64,000 nt of DNA from assembly GCA_965197665.1 (NCBI GenBank), contig CBDANO010000005.1, forward strand, positions 757,293 to 821,292, read 5' to 3'. This DNA comes from Dehalococcoidia bacterium (GTDB taxonomy: Bacteria; Chloroflexota; Dehalococcoidia; Lucifugimonadales; UBA3495). The position numbers were made by a program, and so were the translations under genes. Below are positions 48,788-63,827 of the stretch, one piece after another. Within the stretch, counting starts at the first letter, position 1; each line of letters opens with the position of its first letter. The notes beneath the pieces were generated by a model. The model was not told the DNA's origin and searched no databases. It was given only the letters and a program-made list of their open reading frames with translations.

Positions 48788-50041
48788 ATGGACGCAGCGC
48801 TTTCCGCAGCACTGGCAGTAACGGGCGTTTCCGCGCTGGCTTGGGTCTACTTGATTTTGGGCCGGGGCCTTTTCTGGCGAATGGACCAGAGCCTCGGCCC
48901 CAGCAGCTCCGAGGCGGTCGAGGGCCTAACCTGGCCGCCGGTGGCGGCAGTCGTGCCGGCTCGAAACGAAGGCGATATGCTGCCTAGCACGCTGCCGTTG
49001 TTGCTGGGCCAAGACTACCCCGGCCCCTATCAAGTCTTTCTGGTGGACGACAACAGCACTGACGACACCGGGGAGACAGCCCGCCGGATTGCCGAGGAAA
49101 CAGGAAGCCGCCGCCCTCTGACAGTGCTGTCCGGCGCGCCCTTGCCTCCGGGTTGGACCGGCAAGCTATGGGCGCTGGAGCAGGGGGTCAGGGCAGCCTC
49201 CGCGACACAGCCCGAGTACATCTTGCTTACCGACGCCGATATTGCCCACCAACCGAACAACGTGGCCGCCCTCGTATCAAAATCCCAGGCGGAGGGCCTG
49301 GACTTGGTCTCGTTGATGGCCCGCTTGCGAGTGAACACGGCGTGGGAGCGGCTGCTCATGCCGGCCTTCGTCTATTTCTTCGCCAAGCTGTACCCGTTCC
49401 GGTGGGTGAACGACCACACCAAATCGACGGCGGCCGCGGCAGGGGGTTGCGTGCTATTGCGGCGGGAGGCGCTGGAGCGCGCCGGAGGGCTGAAAAGCAT
49501 TGCCGGGGAGCTGATCGATGATTGCTCCTTGGCCAAGCGTATCAAGGTTCACGGCAGCCCGGTAGCCGGAAGGGTCTGGCTGGGCTTGGCCCAAGATATG
49601 TTCAGCCGACGTTCTTATCAAGGCCCCGGCGGTATCTGGCAGATGGTTACCCGCACCGCATTCACCCAGTTGCGATATTCGGCCCCGCTTCTCCTAGCGA
49701 CAGTGTTGGGGATGACCCTGCTATACACCGTGCCGGCGCTGGCTGTCGGCGGCGGCTTGGCCGCCGGGGCCCTGGCACAACAAACTACCCTGGCTTGGTG
49801 GCTGGCGGCGGCGGGTCTTCTGGCGTGGACATTGATGGCCGGGAGCTACTTGCCCGCGCTGCAATGGCTCCGCCAACCGCCGGTCCTAGGATTCCTGCTT
49901 CCCGTCATCGCAGCCCTGTACACGATGATGACCATCGACTCGGCCCGACGCTATTGGCAAGGGTCAGGGTCAGGTTGGAAAGGGCGCAGCTACGGGCGCC
50001 CACCCGCAATCAGCCCCCCGGAAGATCCTAACAACTGTTGA
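48788..50041 (+). CDS. Family-2 glycosyltransferase, membrane-bound (HpnB-like)
   Basis: VVPARNE, VFLVDDNSTDDT, PPGWTGKLWALEQG, LLTDADI, AAAGGCVLLRREALERAGG...IDDCSLA. C-terminal TM segments. Confidence 0.75.
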   Translation: MDAALSAALAVTGVSALAWVYLILGRGLFWRMDQSLGPSSSEAVEGLTWPPVAAVVPARNEGDMLPSTLPLLLGQDYPGPYQVFLVDDNSTDDTGETARRIAEETGSRRPLTVLSGAPLPPGWTGKLWALEQGVRAASATQPEYILLTDADIAHQPNNVAALVSKSQAEGLDLVSLMARLRVNTAWERLLMPAFVYFFAKLYPFRWVNDHTKSTAAAAGGCVLLRREALERAGGLKSIAGELIDDCSLAKRIKVHGSPVAGRVWLGLAQDMFSRRSYQGPGGIWQMVTRTAFTQLRYSAPLLLATVLGMTLLYTVPALAVGGGLAAGALAQQTTLAWWLAAAGLLAWTLMAGSYLPALQWLRQPPVLGFLLPVIAALYTMMTIDSARRYWQGSGSGWKGRSYGRPPAISPPEDPNNC

Positions 50042-50240
50042 TTAGCTCTCGCACTATTCAAATGCGGCCCCGGGAATCCCCCGGCCTCGAGAATCCCCTG
50101 GATTGAAGGACGAGGTGCCTTGGGATAGCCGGGCCTGTCTACTCCGGGATATCCTATCCGCTCCATCGTGCTCTATAATGCGGTCTGCCCCCGGCGGCAC
50201 CCATCGTTGCCCATAAACAGCCTGTCAGGAGATTGATGAA

Positions 50241-50657
50241 ATGGCACAGTTCCAAAGAACGACCCTGAACCCACCCTCGGCACCCCAGCCCTTAGGCGCC
50301 TACTCCCTCGCCGTGGAGGCCAGCGCCGGCCGCCTGCTGTTCGTCGCCGGGCAAGTGGGTCTGGACGCCGGCGGGAACCTGGTCGGCCCCGGCGACGTGG
50401 CAGCCCAGACCAAGCAAACTTTTCACAACATAGGCGAGATATTGAGCGGCGCCGGAGCGTCCTTCAGCAACGTGGTGGAGTTCACCAGCTACGTGGTGGG
50501 CCGGGAATCGGTGCAACCATTCATCCAAGCCCGCACCGAGATTTACCCCGGCCTGTTTCCCAACGGCGATTATCCCGCCAACACCTTGCTGGTGATAAGC
50601 GGCCTGGTACGGGAGGAGTTTCTAGTGGAGGTCAAAGCCGTCGCGGTGTTGCCGTGA
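50241..50657 (+). CDS. RidA/YjgF-family protein
   Basis: PLGAYSLAVEA..LLFVAGQVGLD..G......DVAAQTKQTFHNIGEIL...VEVKAVA. Confidence 0.85.
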   Translation: MAQFQRTTLNPPSAPQPLGAYSLAVEASAGRLLFVAGQVGLDAGGNLVGPGDVAAQTKQTFHNIGEILSGAGASFSNVVEFTSYVVGRESVQPFIQARTEIYPGLFPNGDYPANTLLVISGLVREEFLVEVKAVAVLP

Positions 50658-51510
50658 ACCGGGAATCACCCGAGTGACGGGAAGGGGAAACGCCGGGCGG
50701 TCTTGGAACCGCGTCCGAAAGCCGCCGGTCGAGTAGAAGCCAGGCCCTTTTCCCAGGGCTTTTTCATTGTTACCCTGAGCGGTAGCGAAGGGCCTAAAGT
50801 CCTAACCCGGAAACATTCTCTCACGAACACAAGGAACCTCTGAACACCTCTCAAAATTGTCGCAAAGTCAGATACAAACAGTAGCTAATTCGGTCGCTTA
50901 TTCAGACCTTTCATAGGAAGACCCTGCGACTGACACTCCTCCCTTCCCAACTCCGGATGCGCCCCTCTACCGTGATAAGTGTCAGGCCCAAACGTTCCAC
51001 CGGGACTCAGACCAAGTCCAAGCCGCCGCCGGGGCGCCATGGGGTCTCGATGACGGGGAACTACTCCAAACCTGACCGTTCCCAACCTGCTCCCCAGCCC
51101 CCGGCACCCACCCCAACCCGGTCAACGGCCTGGAATGGGGGGGAATGAGCGAAAATGAGAGGGGAATCGAAAAATCCGGGATCACCTTTCGCCGGGGCCT
51201 TTCCAAAGTTGCTCACCTCCGCGCCCGCTTCCGCGGATGAGCAATGCTTGCCCAACCTGGATTCCCTGGCATGACGATGTGTGTATTTACGAACTTTAGA
51301 AAGACCCTACCAAGTAACAAGCAGTTACTTACCTCTGCGCGGCCCGGAACACGGGCATAGGGATGCTGAGTAGGAGCGTATGCCGGTTGACGGCCTGCCA
51401 AAACTCGCCTCATAATGGCTCAATGACCTATCAAAGAAACCATTGACCCCACTATCCGTAGCGTACCGTTATTAACACCATCCGGCGAGCAGCCCGGGAG
51501 GAAAGTTCCG

Positions 51511-52788
51511 ATGGCGACAGTTACTAAGAAACGGCAGCTGGGAAGGCCGGTTTCCATAGTGGGAGCGGGCATGTCCACCTTTGGCGCGTACAAAGACAAG
51601 ACCAGCCGCGACTTGTTCGTGGACGCCTTCCAAGACATGCTGGAGCACATGGACCAAGGCATAGACGTGGAAGACATCGAGACTGCCTACTTGGGCAATT
51701 ACTCGTCGGACCTGTTCGAGGGCCAAGGCCACACCGCGCCGATCATGGCCGGTTGGGTGGGTATGACGCCCATCCCGGTAACCCGGATCGAAAACGCTTG
51801 CGCCAGCAGCGGCAGCGCCTTGCGAGAGGGGGTCATGGCGATCGCTTCCGGCATGTACGACGTTGCGCTGGTGGGCGGCGTCGAGAAGATGACCGGCCTG
51901 GCCACAGAGGAAGTGACCGATGTGCTGGCTTCCGCCGCCGACGGCCTTTACGAGGTACCGGCCGGCCTGACCTTCCCCGGCATCTTTGGCGCCATGGCCA
52001 AAGCCCACATGGACCGGTTTGAAACCAACTTGGACCACTTGTTGAAGGTGAGTATCAAGAACCACAAGAACGGCGCCCTCAATCCTCAAGCCCAGTTCAA
52101 CGTCAGCATTCTCGACTTGATGGAGCGGCGCAAAGCCCGGGCCCAGGAAAGGGGGCAGCAGGTACCCGGCTGGCAGGACGAAATGGACTTCCTCAACGAC
52201 CCCGGAGCCAACCCGTGGATCGCTTGGCCCCTGCGTCTCTATGACTGCGCCCCCATAACCGACGGCGCCGCTTGCGTGCTGCTGGTTGCCGCGGAAATAG
52301 CAAACAACTTCACCGACAAGCCGGTGCACGTAGCGGGCATCGGACAAGCCACCGGCCGCGCCCTCCACGACGCCGAAGAGTTGACCTCCCTTTCCGCCGC
52401 TAGAACGGCGGCGGACCAAGCATACGCCATGGCCGGAGTCGGCCCCGCCGACATCCAGTTGGCCGAGGTCCACGATTGCTTCACTATTGCCGAGATCATC
52501 GCCTCGGAAGACTTGGGCTTCTTCGCGCCGGGGGAGGGGGCCAGGGCCGTCGATGAAGGCCGCACGTCACTAGACGGCGATACGCCGATCAATTCCTCCG
52601 GCGGCTTGAAAGCCAAGGGGCATCCCGTGGGGGCGTCCGGCATTGCTCAAATCATCGAGATCTATCATCAACTAAGAGGCGAAGCCGGCTCCCGCCAGGT
52701 GCCCAACGCCGATTTGGAGTTGGGCTTGACTCACAACGTGGGCGGCACCGGAGGCACCTGCGTGGTAAACGTCTTGAGGCGGGGTTAG
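51511..52788 (+). CDS. Thiolase-superfamily protein (SCP-x / archaeal acetoacetyl-CoA thiolase type)
   Basis: VTRIENACASSGSAL (active-site Cys), DCAPITDGAACVLL, VHDCFTIAEI, GGLKAKGHPVGASG, HNVGGTG. Confidence 0.85.
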   Translation: MATVTKKRQLGRPVSIVGAGMSTFGAYKDKTSRDLFVDAFQDMLEHMDQGIDVEDIETAYLGNYSSDLFEGQGHTAPIMAGWVGMTPIPVTRIENACASSGSALREGVMAIASGMYDVALVGGVEKMTGLATEEVTDVLASAADGLYEVPAGLTFPGIFGAMAKAHMDRFETNLDHLLKVSIKNHKNGALNPQAQFNVSILDLMERRKARAQERGQQVPGWQDEMDFLNDPGANPWIAWPLRLYDCAPITDGAACVLLVAAEIANNFTDKPVHVAGIGQATGRALHDAEELTSLSAARTAADQAYAMAGVGPADIQLAEVHDCFTIAEIIASEDLGFFAPGEGARAVDEGRTSLDGDTPINSSGGLKAKGHPVGASGIAQIIEIYHQLRGEAGSRQVPNADLELGLTHNVGGTGGTCVVNVLRRG

Positions 52789-52796
52789 GAGCCGGC

Positions 52797-53213
52797 GTGG
52801 ACAGCGGCCACAAGGACTTCAACGCCGCCTCCTTCTACTCCTACTTGCTGGGAGAGAAGCGTTTGATGGGTGTGCGGTGCCGCTCTTGCGGGGTTTTGTC
52901 CGCAACGCCCCGGCCCATTTGCGGCTCCTGCCACGGCAAGGATATTGAATGGCACGAGTTTAGCGGGAAATCCACACTCAGTACCTTCACTTGCATATCT
53001 GTGGTACCGCTGGCTATGAGCAAGAGAGGCTACGGTCGGGACAATCCCTACACCGCCGGAGTGGTAACGCTGGAAGAGGGGCCGAGGATTAGCGCCCGTA
53101 TATTGGGCGTAGACGGTAATAATCCCCAGAACATCAAGACCGGAATGGACTTGGTCTTGGACTTCGACGACTTGGACCCGGAAGACCCTTCTCTAGCCTT
53201 TAGGCCCGCTTGA
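52797..53213 (+). CDS. DUF35 Zn-ribbon/OB-fold protein (thiolase partner)
   Basis: GVRCRSCGVLSATPRPICGSCHG, followed by an OB-fold region. GTG start 9 nt after the thiolase stop. Confidence 0.8.
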   Translation: MDSGHKDFNAASFYSYLLGEKRLMGVRCRSCGVLSATPRPICGSCHGKDIEWHEFSGKSTLSTFTCISVVPLAMSKRGYGRDNPYTAGVVTLEEGPRISARILGVDGNNPQNIKTGMDLVLDFDDLDPEDPSLAFRPA

Positions 53214-53372
53214 CTTCCCCGGCAATCAACCAACGGCTGGACTCCAGGCAAGGCGCTCGGCATAGCAACGCGGCAGGGCTGCTCCGTTGATTGCGGCCCG
53301 GTCTAACCCCACCTCCCAGCTTGTTCCGGCAACCGGCAAAAAGCAACGCGCTCAAAGCCGGCCGAAAGCTCT

Positions 53373-53816
53373 TTAGTCCAGCCCTCTAGTGCCCACCCAA
53401 CCGGTCTCCGAAACGTCTATGATGACACCGTCGGGGCCGCTGTACTTGAACTCCACGTTGCCGGCATGGGGTCCGTCCATTTCCAGTCCACCCATTCCTA
53501 TATGCAGCGCCTGGTTGATGTCGTCTCGAGGTCTAGCGTCGGCGGCCTCCATTTTCTTGGAGACCTCTTCCAAACTCTCCACCTCGAAGCCTATGTGGTG
53601 AATGCCGCTGTAGTCCTTTCCCCGCTCCGCGCCCGCTACTTGGTCATTCTGGAAGTCCAGTACCGCCACGTTGATATTGCCGTCGCTAAGGTAGAACCCT
53701 TTGGCGTTCTCACCGTCCAACTCGGCGATTTGCTTCAAACCAAAAACTTCAACGTAGAACTTGGCTGTCTTGGCGGCGTCCTGGGTGGCAATGGCGATAT
53801 GCTTGATTTTAGCCAT
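53373..53816 (-). CDS. VOC/glyoxalase-family protein
   Basis: IKHIAIATQDAAKTAKFYVEVFGL...GIHHIGFEVESLEEV. Confidence 0.8.
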   Translation of the reverse strand: MAKIKHIAIATQDAAKTAKFYVEVFGLKQIAELDGENAKGFYLSDGNINVAVLDFQNDQVAGAERGKDYSGIHHIGFEVESLEEVSKKMEAADARPRDDINQALHIGMGGLEMDGPHAGNVEFKYSGPDGVIIDVSETGWVGTRGLD

Positions 53817-54172
53817 GCTCTCTCTCCTTCCGGCTGTATCGATCGACTGGCAGGCGCGCGGTCCCGCCCCACGCGCCCATCAAGATACCATCATTCGCGG
53901 CGGGCCGCCAACCCTGCCTTCTCCCCAGGGAGAAGGGACTTTTGAAGCACCCATCAAGTAGGGTCCGCAAAAATCTAAGGCGCACCCCCTCACGCCAACG
54001 CCGTGGATGTATGCCCGCGCCCATGTTAGAATTGTTCGACCCTAGCGCGACGGCGCCGCGGCGCACGCCGCTCCTAGCTCGGCTTTCCAACGGACCCGGC
54101 GGTGAGACTTTCCCCAGTAGCGTAGCTGCCGAGGTCCACACGAGCTAACTCATTCGAACGGAGGACCGAATC

Positions 54173-55336
54173 ATGGCTGCTCCCAAGAAAATGAAGTTCG
54201 GGGTCTTCATGGCCCCGTTCCACAGAGTCGGTGAAAACCCAACCTTGGCCTTGGAGCGTGACCTGGAGCTGATCCAATGGTTGGACGTGCTGGGATTCGA
54301 CGAAGCTTACATCGGCGAGCACCATAGCGCGGGCTGGGAGACCATCGCCTCTCCCGAGGTGTTCATGGCTACGGCCGCGGAGCGCACCCGTAACATCCGG
54401 CTGGGGACGGGGGTAATCAGCCTTCCCTATCACCACCCGCTTATGGTGGCGAACAGGATGGTGCTCCTTGACCATCTGACTAGGGGCCGCGTCATCCTGG
54501 GAGTGGGCCCCGGGGCCTTGACCTCCGATGCCCTGATGCTGGGTATCAAGCCGGAGCGTCAACGGGAGATGATGGACGAGTCCCTGGGAATAATCATGCG
54601 CTTGTTCGCTGAAACCGACCCCATAACCTACAAGAGCGACTGGTTCGAGTTGAACGAAGCGGTCCTCCAGCTCCGGCCCTATCAACAGCCTCATATTCCT
54701 GTAGCGGTAGCATCGGTGGAGTCCCCGTCGGGAGTGTCGTTGGCGGGCAAGCACGGCGCGGCGGTCTTGTCCCTGAGCGTGCCCCGGGACACGGTCCGCA
54801 AGACCACTCTGAAGGAGTTATGGTCCATTGCCGAGGAGACGGCGGCCGAGCATAACAAAGTCGTGCGCCGCGAGGACTGGGGGATAGTGATGGGCTGCCA
54901 CTTGGCGGAAACCCGGAAGGAAGCGGTGGAAGACATCAGGGAGGGCGGCGCCAGGGTGGTGACGGAGTATTTCGACGAGACCCTGGGCAATCCGGCCCCC
55001 GACGTGCCCCGGGACCAGATCGTTGACTTCATGGTGGACCACAACCAATGGATCGTGGGTACGCCCGACGACTGCATCGCCGGAATCGAGCGGCTCCAAG
55101 AGGTCAGCGGCGGTTTCGGCAGCTTTATGATTCGGGTAGAGGACTGGGCGCCCCGGGAAAAGATACACCGGAGCTACGAGTTGCTGGCCCGCTACGTTAT
55201 GCCCCGCTTCCAGGGTACCTTGACCGGCATCATTACTTCTCAGCAATGGGCCAGCGAACGAAAGGGCGCGCTGCAAGCCAATCGGACCGCCGGATTGCAA
55301 CGGGCCACCGACACCTACTTCGCGCCACGTAAATAA
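54173..55336 (+). CDS. LLM-class (luciferase-like) flavin-dependent oxidoreductase
   Basis: MKFGVFMAPFH......LE.DLELIQWLD.LGFDEAYIGEHHS, RIRLGTGVISLPYHHP, GRVILGVGPG. Confidence 0.85.
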   Translation: MAAPKKMKFGVFMAPFHRVGENPTLALERDLELIQWLDVLGFDEAYIGEHHSAGWETIASPEVFMATAAERTRNIRLGTGVISLPYHHPLMVANRMVLLDHLTRGRVILGVGPGALTSDALMLGIKPERQREMMDESLGIIMRLFAETDPITYKSDWFELNEAVLQLRPYQQPHIPVAVASVESPSGVSLAGKHGAAVLSLSVPRDTVRKTTLKELWSIAEETAAEHNKVVRREDWGIVMGCHLAETRKEAVEDIREGGARVVTEYFDETLGNPAPDVPRDQIVDFMVDHNQWIVGTPDDCIAGIERLQEVSGGFGSFMIRVEDWAPREKIHRSYELLARYVMPRFQGTLTGIITSQQWASERKGALQANRTAGLQRATDTYFAPRK

Positions 55337-55378
55337 GGGTACCAGCCGGCCCCGGCCGGGCCGGACCAACCTAACAAA

Positions 55379-55423
55379 ACAGACATCGGCAGTGCATCGT
55401 ATACCGATGCCTGTTTTATTTTT
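55379..55423 (+). terminator. Intrinsic terminator after the LLM gene
   Basis: ACAGACATCGG-loop-CCGATGCCTGT (one mismatch) followed by TTTTATTTTT. Confidence 0.7.
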
Positions 55424-55622
55424 GGGCAAGCTCGCCGGATTCCACAACAAATCTTCTCAATTATTTGCTTGTTCGACGGCCCTTCTTTGGTATTATATAT
55501 AATATCATGATACTGGCCCGCCGCTAAGGTTCACCGGCCTGATCAACGCCGGGGGCCTCCCGGCCGGGTCCAAGACCGTAGCATAAGTCGGTACCGCAAT
55601 AAACGCAGAAGAAGCGTCCGCC

Positions 55623-57089
55623 ATGCGAAAAACGAAGATTATAGCGACCATCGGCCCAACTTCTCGAGACCCGCACACTTTGGGGCGGCTGGCTGCGGCC
55701 GGGATGGACTGCGCCCGCCTCAACTTTTCTCACGGCAGTCTGGAGGACCACGGCGAAGTAATCCGCGTCGTGCGGCGGTTGTCCCGAGAGCACGGGCGGC
55801 CCATTGCTATTCTTCAAGACTTGGGCGGCATCAAGATGCGCTTGGGTGAACTGCCCGGACTGGTCCACCTCAACACTGGCGACGAGGTGTTGATAGCGCC
55901 GGAAGCCGGTTCCTCTCGCGATGACGTGTTGCCCTTTCCTCACCCCGAGGTGCTGAGCAATCTCCAGCTTGGGCACCAAGTTTTCATCGCCGACGGTATG
56001 ATCCGGTTGGAAGTCATCGGAACTGACAATCAGGGGGTTAAGGCTCGAGTGCAAAGCGGCGGAAGCTTGTCGTCTTACAAAGGCGTTAATCTTCCGGGGG
56101 TATCCATCGACAGACCGGTGCTGACCGAGACCGATAAAATTGCTCTTCGATTCGGGGTGGAACAGGAAGTGGACTGGGTGGCCGTTTCCTTCGTACGCAC
56201 CATCGAGGACGTCAGATACGCCAGGACCTATATGGATGGCATCGGCAGCAACTCCCTAATAATGGCTAAGCTGGAGCGAAGAGAAGGAATCGACAACATC
56301 GACTCCATACTCGAGGAGGCAGATGGAATCATGGTGGCCCGGGGCGACTTGGGCGTCGAGATTCCCATGGAGCAGGTGCCCATCGTTCAAAAACAGGTGG
56401 TTAGAAAGGCCAACGATAGGGCCAGGGTTTCGGTAATCGCAACTCAGATGCTCCGCTCCATGGTGGTTTCCCCCACTCCCACTCGGGCGGAGGTGTCTGA
56501 CATTACCAACGCCGTGCTCGACGGCTGCGACGCTATTCTACTTTCCGACGAGACCTCGGTCGGAGAGTACCCGGTGGAGGCGGTCAGAGTGGCCGATACT
56601 ACCATCAGAGAAGCGGAGCGGATATTCGAGTATCACAAAGACCACGACTCCAGCAACCGCACCCAGGCCATCGCTTCGGCGGCGGCCCGCTTGGTTCGGT
56701 CCCTTCGAGCCAAACCCATCGTCATCACCAGCACCGGGCGGGCCGCATTCGAAGTTTCCCGTTTCCGCCCCGATGGCGACGTCATTGTATTCTCGCACAA
56801 CGAGAATGTGCTAAGAAGGCTATCATTAGGTTGGGGGCTTTGCCCGGTGGGGACCATTCCTCCGGAACGCGACGTGGCCAAGCTGGTGGCTTCTCTGGTC
56901 AAGTCCGCCTTGGATAGCAGGCTGGTGGCGGAAACCGACGTGGTGGCCATCATCCATGGATTCTTGCCCGGAGTCTCCGGGACTACCAACACGATTCAGA
57001 TTCTGGACTTGCGAGAGTACTTGACGCCCGAGTCTTCCGGCGTTTCAGAGGACCTGGAAGCTGAGGTCCCCTCGCGGCTGGGGTTATAA
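55623..57089 (+). CDS. pyk: Pyruvate kinase
   Basis: RKTKIIATIGP, MDCARLNFSHG, MVARGDLGVEIP, VIATQMLRSM, PTRAEVSDITNAV.DG.DAILLS.ETS.G.YP. Confidence 0.93.
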   Translation: MRKTKIIATIGPTSRDPHTLGRLAAAGMDCARLNFSHGSLEDHGEVIRVVRRLSREHGRPIAILQDLGGIKMRLGELPGLVHLNTGDEVLIAPEAGSSRDDVLPFPHPEVLSNLQLGHQVFIADGMIRLEVIGTDNQGVKARVQSGGSLSSYKGVNLPGVSIDRPVLTETDKIALRFGVEQEVDWVAVSFVRTIEDVRYARTYMDGIGSNSLIMAKLERREGIDNIDSILEEADGIMVARGDLGVEIPMEQVPIVQKQVVRKANDRARVSVIATQMLRSMVVSPTPTRAEVSDITNAVLDGCDAILLSDETSVGEYPVEAVRVADTTIREAERIFEYHKDHDSSNRTQAIASAAARLVRSLRAKPIVITSTGRAAFEVSRFRPDGDVIVFSHNENVLRRLSLGWGLCPVGTIPPERDVAKLVASLVKSALDSRLVAETDVVAIIHGFLPGVSGTTNTIQILDLREYLTPESSGVSEDLEAEVPSRLGL

Positions 57090-57115
57090 ACAGGGTGTCG
57101 GAGGCTACCGGCGGG

Positions 57116-58568
57116 TCACCCCCGGGCGGGCACCGAGGGGGGCAGGTCCGTCCGGCCCATCAGGTACAGGTCTATACCGCGGGCTGCGTCCCGCCCCTCG
57201 GCAATGGCCCACACCACCAGGGACTGGCCCCGCGCCGCGTCTCCAGCGGCGAACACCCCGGGAACACTGGTCATCTTGTTCCGTTCAACCTTAACGTTGC
57301 CTCGTTTGTCCAGTTCCACGCCTAGGTCCGCCAGCAACCCCTCGTGCTCGGGATGGAGGAATCCCATCGCCAACAGTACCAGGTCCGCATCGATAGAAAA
57401 CTCACTGTCGGGTACCTCCCGCATCTCGAGGCCGCCGTTGTCCGCCGGTTGACTCCAGTCCACCCGGACTGCGTGCAACTGTTGGACCTTGCCGTTGCTG
57501 CCGCTAAATGCCTTGGTGGACACGTTGTAGTCCCGGAGGCCGCCCTCCTTGTGAGCGGCGCTGGTGCGCAAGATCACCGGCCATTGAGGCCAAGGATTGT
57601 TGGCCCCCCTGCTGACCGGTGGTTCCGGCAGCAGTTCAAATTGGTAGACCACCTCGGCGCCTTGCCGGTGGGCCGTGCCCAAGCAGTCTGCTCCGGTGTC
57701 CCCTCCGCCCAGTATCACGACCCGCTTTCCTTCGGCGGTAATCCGTTGAGACGGGTCCACTCCCTCTCCGGCCAAGACCCGGTTCTGCTGGGTCAGGTAC
57801 TCCATGGCCAAATGGACTCCATCCAACTCTCGCCCCGGTACCGGCAGGTCTCGACCATGGGTCGCCCCGCAGGCCAAGCACACGGCGTCGAAGTCAGCCA
57901 TCAACTCTTCCACCGGGTAACCTACGCCCACGTTTACCCCGGTAGAAAAGGTGATGCCCTCGTCAACCAACTGATTCAGCCGGCGGCCCACCACCTCTTT
58001 GTCGAGCTTGAAGTCCGGGATTCCCAGGGTTAGAAGACCGCCAAGGTAGTCATCCCGCTCGAACACGGTTACCCAATGGCCGGCCCGGTTGAGTTGCTGG
58101 GCTGCCGCCAAGCCGGCCGGTCCGGACCCCACCACGGCGACCTTCTTACCGGTCCGCCTTTGAGGAGGCTCGGGTCTAAGCCAGCCTTCCTCAAATCCCC
58201 GGTCGGCAATAGCCTTCTCGATATACTCGATGGTTACCGGGTCAGAGTCGATGCTGAGCACGCAGGAAGCTTCGCAAGGCGCGGGGCAGACACGGCCCGT
58301 AAATTCCGGGAAATTATTGGTGGAGTGGAGCACCGTCCACGCTCGCCGCCAGTTGCCCAGGTACACCTCATGGTTGAACTCCGGGATAACGTTCCCCAAC
58401 GGGCAGCCCTTGTGGCAGAAAGGAACGGCGCAATCCATGCACCGGCTGCCCTGCTCCCGGGCCTCGTTTTCCGGCCAAGGCTCATACATCTCCCGGAAGT
58501 CGCCCTTCCTCTGGGAGACGGGGCGGAGATCAGGCGGCTTTCGCCCGGATTCCATGAATCCCGTAGGT

Positions 58569-58576
<8 letters not shown>
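57116..58576 (-). CDS. gltD: Glutamate synthase small subunit
   Basis: ORF trimmed to ATG 58576 (MGKPTGFME), which overlaps the gltB stop by 8 nt. CMDCAVPFCH.GCPLGN, VAVVGSGPAGLAAA, GGGDTGADC. Confidence 0.9.
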
Positions 58577-63152
<4,576 letters not shown>

Positions 63153-63390
63153 AAGACGCCGACCAGCGGATCCCTACCTGCTTTTGTCCGCTCGATATAG
63201 GTTGGGATTGATAGAGGTTGATTCATACCGCAGGTCCGCATGAACAGGCCCGGTAACTTCGCGGACCGCTGCGATTGCATAGGCTCAAAGGCCATAAGAA
63301 TAATTTGTAAAATATATCACAATGAACAACAACCAAAAAGGGGCTGGACGCGGGATGCCGGACTCGTCGCCGGAATATCCCTCGGTGGCC

Positions 63391-63442
63391 TTGCTCCAAA
63401 AGTCCGTTTTGCTCCAAAAGTCACTGGTCTGCTCCAAAAGTC
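63391..63442. repeat. Three direct copies of (T/C)TGCTCCAAAAGTC at 18- and 20-bp spacing
   Basis: Copies at 63391..63404, 63409..63422 and 63429..63442. They lie 240-290 nt upstream of the gltB ATG and read GACTTTTGGAGCA on the gltB strand. Confidence 0.85.
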
Positions 63443-63827
63443 TCACCACGGCACTGAGGGGGCTTGTTGCAACAGGTTACTCACTGGCACAACGTCTGAG
63501 CGATTGAGCAAACCGTCTCCCAATATCGCCTCTCCGTTCTACCACCCCGGCGAATTCCTCAAAGGTGATGACACAGCTACTCTTGGTGTCGCTCCTGGAT
63601 TCACAGGATAATGCGAAATAAGGGCACCCGGCCGCTTCTGGCAGGGGGGATAGTCTACTCGGAGATTCGCTCTAGGGCAGGCACTATCACGTCAATTTGG
63701 TAGCCCATCACCGCGGAGGATTACGCATCCCTAGCTCGCACTGAACGACCCACCGGGAAAGCCCCAACAGCCGGGGGGGAGGGCGGGTCAAGATGGCGGA
63801 TGGGCCGTAGTCAATTAGCAGCCTGAC

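Noticed and set aside
63153-63330. Glutamine riboswitch (glnA RNA motif) in the gltB leader.
   Set aside because: Only loose resemblances are present (GTTCAT...GGAC, GGACAAAAGCAGG). The conserved CGUUCA / GGACGGAAGUAGG / GGAACG pairing scheme cannot be formed.
63240-63611. ORFs 63240..63611 + and 63223..63417 - upstream of gltB.
   Set aside because: They lie in the gltBD regulatory region and translate the direct repeats (LLQKS three times). There is no RBS and no recognisable family.
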